This document shows positions 60,182 to 64,000 of a DNA stretch of 64,000 nt, piece by piece. Position 1 is the stretch's first letter; each line of letters opens with the position of its first letter. A program made the translations under genes and the position numbers. Below the pieces are notes generated by a model. That model was not told where the DNA came from. It saw only the letters and a list, made by a program, of their open reading frames with translations, and ran no database searches. Source of the DNA: Macrostomum lignano. Taxonomy: Eukaryota. The stretch is from contig NIVC01003148.1 of the NCBI GenBank assembly GCA_002269645.1, forward strand, positions 7,877 to 71,876. Direction: 5' to 3'.

Positions 60182-61399
60182 GCTAGAATCTGTTCGCTAT
60201 TTTAAGATTTCGGACGATTTCTCTCTGCTAAAATAATGGTAAACTAATCTTGAATTCTTTGCATTTTATGCTCCGGAGATTTCCAACTCTGACAGTTGGC
60301 GAGAGGTGTTTGGAAGGGGGCTGTGTCTGTTTTATCGCTAACCAGCTGTTAACCATTCGTGAATAAGACTTTGACAAACTGCTCATACTGACATCTCGAT
60401 TGGAGTTATCTAGACTTATCACACTTCTCTCCTAGCTGAGATCCTCACCTTAAGACTCAATTCTTTTTGAAGAAAACTGAAGTAAATCTTCAAACTGATA
60501 CTGTTCTTTTTGGCCTTTAGCAAGGTGAAAAAGGATTATTATTGACTTTTGTTGCCCTGGAATTGCAAGCAAAAAGTTTTTTTCTGAAACTTTAACTTTT
60601 TCCATTTAGGCACAGCAAACTGATAGCTGCAATGTTTAGAAGTTTCGGAAAAAAACTTTCGTCTTCATTTCTTGCTTTGGTTGCTTTTTAAACCTTCTCT
60701 ATCGTTAGCAAGTTTGACTTCTCTGCATAATATCATAATATCATAATATCATAATATCTGCATAAAATCATTTCACTCTTCTTAGTGCAGATTTTAGAGT
60801 CAAGGTGTTGAAATGGTAGTGGCCAGAGATAGACAAGAAGTTTGGGAGTTTCTCTACAAGTTTGAAGACATTGGGCTATAGGGAAAAGGTTTTGTTTTTT
60901 TGCTTTTATGTTTTAAGATTCTACAATATTTGCTACCTCCTCGTTCTCCTACGCAAATTTTTTATTTCATCCAATATTCATTTTGCTCAATTTCGCTCAT
61001 CGGTCATGTCTAAAAAAGCGAACAATAGAACCGAGTGACTCTCTGCGTGTGACGCAACTCAGCTACGCCGGGTCAGACTTAAATTGAGGAATGAAGTGGG
61101 GGGAGCGGTGTGCGAGGGTTGGGCGGATTAAAGCTAAGCCGATCAGTTTTCTTGCATCTTTTATTTCAGAACAGTCCAAGAGAAATTGCTCACTGGCGCA
61201 TAGAGTGGCGACTTTTCAATGTTGCTGAGTATATACATAAGAGTACTATATATATGAGTAGTATATATATTTTCATAGGTGATCAACCTCACCTATGACA
61301 ATATCCGCATTGCCAAACGGTGTCTTTTGCATAGTGAATCAGTTTGCTAAATTGTTTTGACTTTCGATATTCTTCATGCAATTTCACAGAACTCTCTTG

Positions 61400-63569
61400 G
61401 GGAACTTTTTTCAAAAGTGCCTCCCATCGCCGTGTACCTTCTGCACGGAGCTGTCGAGACTGGGCCAGGTCTTCGACCAGACCTGCAGACTCCCGCTCTG
61501 CTGCACCCCCTGCTGCCTTGGCTCCGTCTCCCTGCCGCCACACTTGCCTTTCCGGAGCTCTACCCTCTCTGTACCTCCCCCTCTACCCTATCTCCTGCGC
61601 TCCACCCTATTCTTTCTGTACCTCCTGTCTCCCTTCTTTTTGCCCTTTTTCGCACTTATTTTCCTGCTCTGTCCCCCCTTTCTCTGCGTCTACTTACAGT
61701 ATTTTGCGCGCTCACGTCACCATCCCTTCTCAAACTCCAAACGATGAGCAAGTCGTGTGACCCCTTCTTCCCCTCGATGACTCATCGATGACTCATCCCC
61801 CTCTCTTGCGCAACCTTTTCTCATGCCATTGTTCTCCTCCCCAAATTTCTCATGCGACACCCACCCACCTCCGCTTCTATTGTTCTCGTTTTTGATTCTT
61901 TTGTTCTCTTTATCCCCACCAATTATCACATTTTCTCCGATTTTCTCTTTCTATTGTTCTCGTTTTCGCACCTAATTATCACCTTTTCTCCAATTTGCTT
62001 TTCTATTGTTCTCGATTCCCAATTATCCCCGATTTCCAATTCCTTTGTTCTTGACCCCGCCCCATTTTCTCATGTTTGCTTGTGCAACACTTTCGCAGAC
62101 CTCCCGCTGCGCCAATTATTATCCCCCCACCCACCTCCGGATTGCGCAATTCTCAATTTCTCGTGTTGATTATGCCGTTGTCATGCTCATGTATCATGAC
62201 TCATTCTGACGTCATTCTGCCGGCAGCCAATCAGAGAGAGGGAGTCATGGAAACGACCTTGGAGCGGCGGCTGAAAGGCTATATAAGGAAGCGGTTTACG
62301 GCATGAGAATCCTCAAACTGCGAGGTTACGCGTTCCTTCTCGTCCTACTGTGGACTCGCTGTCAGACGTAGCTCTGACCCATTCGTCTATAGGACGAACC
62401 TCTGCCGGTCCGCGTCTGTTACCGCCAAGTTATCTTCAGCTCCCCAAGTGAGCTCGCCTATCGACCAGCGGTCTGATACCGCCAGCATCATCAGCATCGC
62501 CTGATCTACATCAGCGCCTCGTCACCTCAGCGCATCGCCGCTTCACTGTCTGCCTGACTGCAGCCTACAGCCGCCCCCGGTCACTCCATCGTTCTCTCTC
62601 TCTCTCTCTCTGTGCAGCTGCCGGTAAGTTCCCATTACTAATTTGTGCTCTAATTGCCTTTGCTTATCCGAGGTTTGCCTACTTCGCCATTGCTTGATTT
62701 GAGAGCTGAGCAATTGTGACACCGTATCTTTTGCTGTATTTTACTCAATAGTGAAGCCGCCTAATTGCCTAATTATTTGCCTAAGGGCCTTATTATTAAC
62801 TATTAACTAACCTCATCATTATTCACTCTTTCACCATCATTTCACTCATGGCTTGCTAAGCCTTTCTCCCGGGGTTGCAAAGCATAAGGAAGTTTGGGTA
62901 AACTAATGGCTTCTCCCCGTGCAAAGCCCGCCTGTGAGTGCGTGCCGCGGGTCCGTGTGTGCGTGCAGTAGAGGGATTAGCGAGTCTTGGCACAGAATGG
63001 CAGTAGGAAGATTGCAATCCCATGCTAACGTGTCCCTTCGCCCTGAGCAGTCTAAACTATAGACAGCACATGTTCGCCTCACACTACTCTTAGTAATCAA
63101 AGTCGCAAGTCAGCCTCGCTCACAGCCACAAAGGATCCCTGCTGAGAAATCCTCCAGATTGAGCCAGAGTTCCCGATCATGCCTCAAGCAGAGTCCGTGT
63201 ACTCGGCTGCATGTGTCTCCCCTGTTAGCCTAAATCCCCTGGTAATCATCCCAGGCGGGGCTGTAGCCTCGAGAGGTCTGGTAGTAAGATCCAGATGCGC
63301 CATGTCACATAGAGTGATGGCAGCCACTCGGTCATCCATGACCGAGTGACCAACTATTGCACCTTGGCTACAGGTGGGGTCCATGTGGGTCCTTGGCCCT
63401 CTGGTCACGAAGCGCTACCAAAGCTATCAATCATGTGGGCGGACAGTCTGTGTGCTGGAGGTCCGTCAGGTCATTGCCCGGTCATAGGCAGCCTACGGTC
63501 ATTGCCCCCTCTAGTGTCATGCGTTCGTCTCTCAACGGAGCGGACAGGCGACAAGGGCGCGTTACATCA
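61400..63569 (+). mobile_element. Solo-LTR-like element family Y, copy 3 (inverted, more diverged, first ~35 bp missing)
   Basis: Reverse complement of copies 1 and 2, ending ...GTTACATCA at 63569. AP-1 at 61778, 61789 and 62197; CRE at 62207; CCAAT at 62227; TATA at 62279. Confidence 0.85.
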
Positions 63570-64000
63570 CATTCTAATATAAATATAGACTGCATGCTTT
63601 TTTTCTTGTCTTTCGGTTTTCAGAACAATAGTAAACAGTTTCTCAGTAAATTGTCCCGGATGCATGACGCTTTTATGCATGGCGTCATAGTCATTGCAGT
63701 TTCCTTGGAATGCTGATTGAAGCAAAACTGGATTTGGGTTGTTTTGCTTCACGACGTCGCTTGTTTGCAGTTTTTTCTTGAACTGTTAATGGCTCAAGCA
63801 AATCCTATAGAAAATCATCCTTCAGCGACGCTCTTGCTGATTTAGTGCAATTATCCTTTGAATAGGTTGCACTTTCTGTCTTCTTCGGCTCACTCGCAAG
63901 GCCTGCCCTTCTAGGCTGTTACTTCTAGAAAAAAAAATCGATCTGGTGAGAGTTCCAGCCATAGGGCTCTCTTTGAGCTCTTGAAGCTGCTTACCGACTG

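Overview
Repeat-dense animal (invertebrate-type) genomic DNA with GT-AG introns. I cannot determine the taxon from the sequence. There are no rRNA, tRNA or CRISPR loci. All coordinates, counts and folds were read by eye, with no searches run. Left third: a four-level transposon nest (DIRS-type RT/RNase H, split by an LTR-like insert, split by a 2.2-kb solo-LTR-like element, split by a young Mag-like Ty3/Gypsy). It is followed by an 8-kb foldback element whose arms are inverted 183-bp tandem arrays around a NOF/Mutator-like transposase core and a Ulp1/SUMO-protease region. Middle: a full-length LOA-type non-LTR retrotransposon with a 13-bp TSD; its first nucleotide is the predicted cleavage site of an HDV-like ribozyme, which is the strongest finding. 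The middle also holds Tc1/IS630-like relics, hAT-like MITEs, several minisatellites and two CpG deserts. Right third: a cluster of predicted secreted proteins. It contains two near-identical fibrinogen-domain genes with complementary lesions, a kinase-less PAN + ALK/LTK-type glycine-rich-domain gene with a convergent paralog, and a possible lectin relic.
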